Part shown: positions 8,082 to 8,605 of the stretch, one piece after another
How the letters are laid out: the number at the start of each line of letters is the position of its first letter
How positions within the stretch are numbered: position 1 is the first letter of the stretch
From: Amoeboradix gromovi X-113
Lineage: Eukaryota > Fungi > Sanchytriomycota
Reading direction: 5' to 3'
NCBI GenBank assembly: GCA_018985225.1
Contig: JADGIF010000436.1
Coordinates: forward strand, 1-8,605
DNA: 8,605 nt
Made by a program: the position numbers and the translations under genes
Notes under the pieces: generated by a model
What the model saw: the letters and a program-made list of their open reading frames with translations, nothing else
Told to the model about the DNA's origin: nothing
The model's database searches: none

Positions 8082-8209
8082 AAAAGTCCTGATTTCCGAG
8101 AAAATCCAGAATTTCCACAGAGTAGCTAGCAATGCCAGATGCTCCGTTACAGTGAGTGCTCACGCTTTCACTACCCTGAGGCGGGATTGAACAAGTATGC
8201 ATATACTTG
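8082..8209 (-). ncRNA. Candidate Fanzor/TnpB omegaRNA scaffold (cluster of four hairpins)
   Basis: On the minus strand: CAAGTAT-ATGC-ATACTTG (8209-8192); AGTGAAAGC-GTGA-GCACTCACT with a GNRA loop (8172-8151); GAGCATCTGGC-ATT-GCTAGCTACTC (8144-8120); GAAATTCTGGATTTTC-TCG-GAAATCAGGACTTTT (8115-8082). The cluster lies directly 3' of the nuclease remnant. Confidence 0.35.
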
Positions 8210-8214
8210 GGTAT

Positions 8215-8605
8215 ATCTATCTCCAAATGACAATGTACAGGTGTTTCTTTAGAGTACCACACCTTGTACATGTCTGACTAGTAAATGATTCATTACATTT
8301 ACTTAATCCATCTTTGCACCAGTCTCTCAGTGTTGATGAATGTTAGCTGTACCTGCTAGTTATTTCTTTAGATTTGACATATTCAGGATTGCGTCTACTT
8401 ATTCCATTTACCATTTGTGAGAATGTAGAATGTAGAGTATTTAAGCTATTAGAAAAATCTGGGAAAGTCTTGAAATTATACAGAGATGCATACGAATCCG
8501 CGATAAATAATTTATTCAGGAAAACAATCGAGCTGTTTTATGTAATCCTTATCATAAAATTAGAAAAATAAGATATCATTGACAGCACTGCTTTACTCGA
8601 CCAAG
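8215..8605 (-). mobile_element. Decayed TnpB/Fanzor-like RNA-guided nuclease gene, C-terminal part, probably continuing beyond the window edge
   Basis: One minus frame reads ...TLHSTFSQMVNGISRR...(TAA)...KCNESFTSQTCTRCGTLKK (N at 8294, CTRCG 8270-8256), matching the TnpB/Fanzor E-x-[YF]-T-S-[QK]-T-C-x-x-C-G zinc-ribbon signature. After a frameshift comes TGT-A-CAT-TGT-CAT-TTG-GAG-ATA-GAT = C.HCHLEID (8239-8215), the second Cys pair leading toward the RuvC-III DRD motif, which is itself lost. Confidence 0.6.

Noticed and set aside
8128-8151. CNGASGI as the Fanzor RuvC-III NGARNI motif
   Set aside because: It lies about 20 codons too far from HCHLEID, lacks the DRD, and falls within the hairpin cluster, so it is probably coincidental.
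8374-8571. 65-aa plus-strand ORF
   Set aside because: It overlaps the minus-strand Fanzor-like remnant, starts with TTG and has no motif, so it is treated as a shadow.

Overview
AT-rich window (roughly one-third GC by eye) that looks eukaryotic rather than bacterial: there is no operon structure, no obvious Shine-Dalgarno site, and the main protein ends in an NLS-like tail. A fungus, protist or endogenous viral region is plausible but cannot be determined from the sequence. It holds one long intact gene (3849-7283, +, 1144 aa). Its N-terminal ~630 aa carry the full, correctly ordered metal-binding and catalytic motif set of the adenosine/AMP deaminase (amidohydrolase) family, with an unusually large insertion, followed by ~515 aa I cannot assign and a basic C-terminal tail. 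The flanks are mostly decayed coding sequence: a probable protein-kinase pseudogene upstream (~2944-3429) and coiled-coil fragments downstream. At the right end on the minus strand lies a decayed TnpB/Fanzor-like nuclease gene (NESFTSQTCTRCG ... HCHLEID), directly followed by a cluster of four hairpins that is a candidate omegaRNA scaffold. All family assignments come from reading motifs by eye; no database searches were run.
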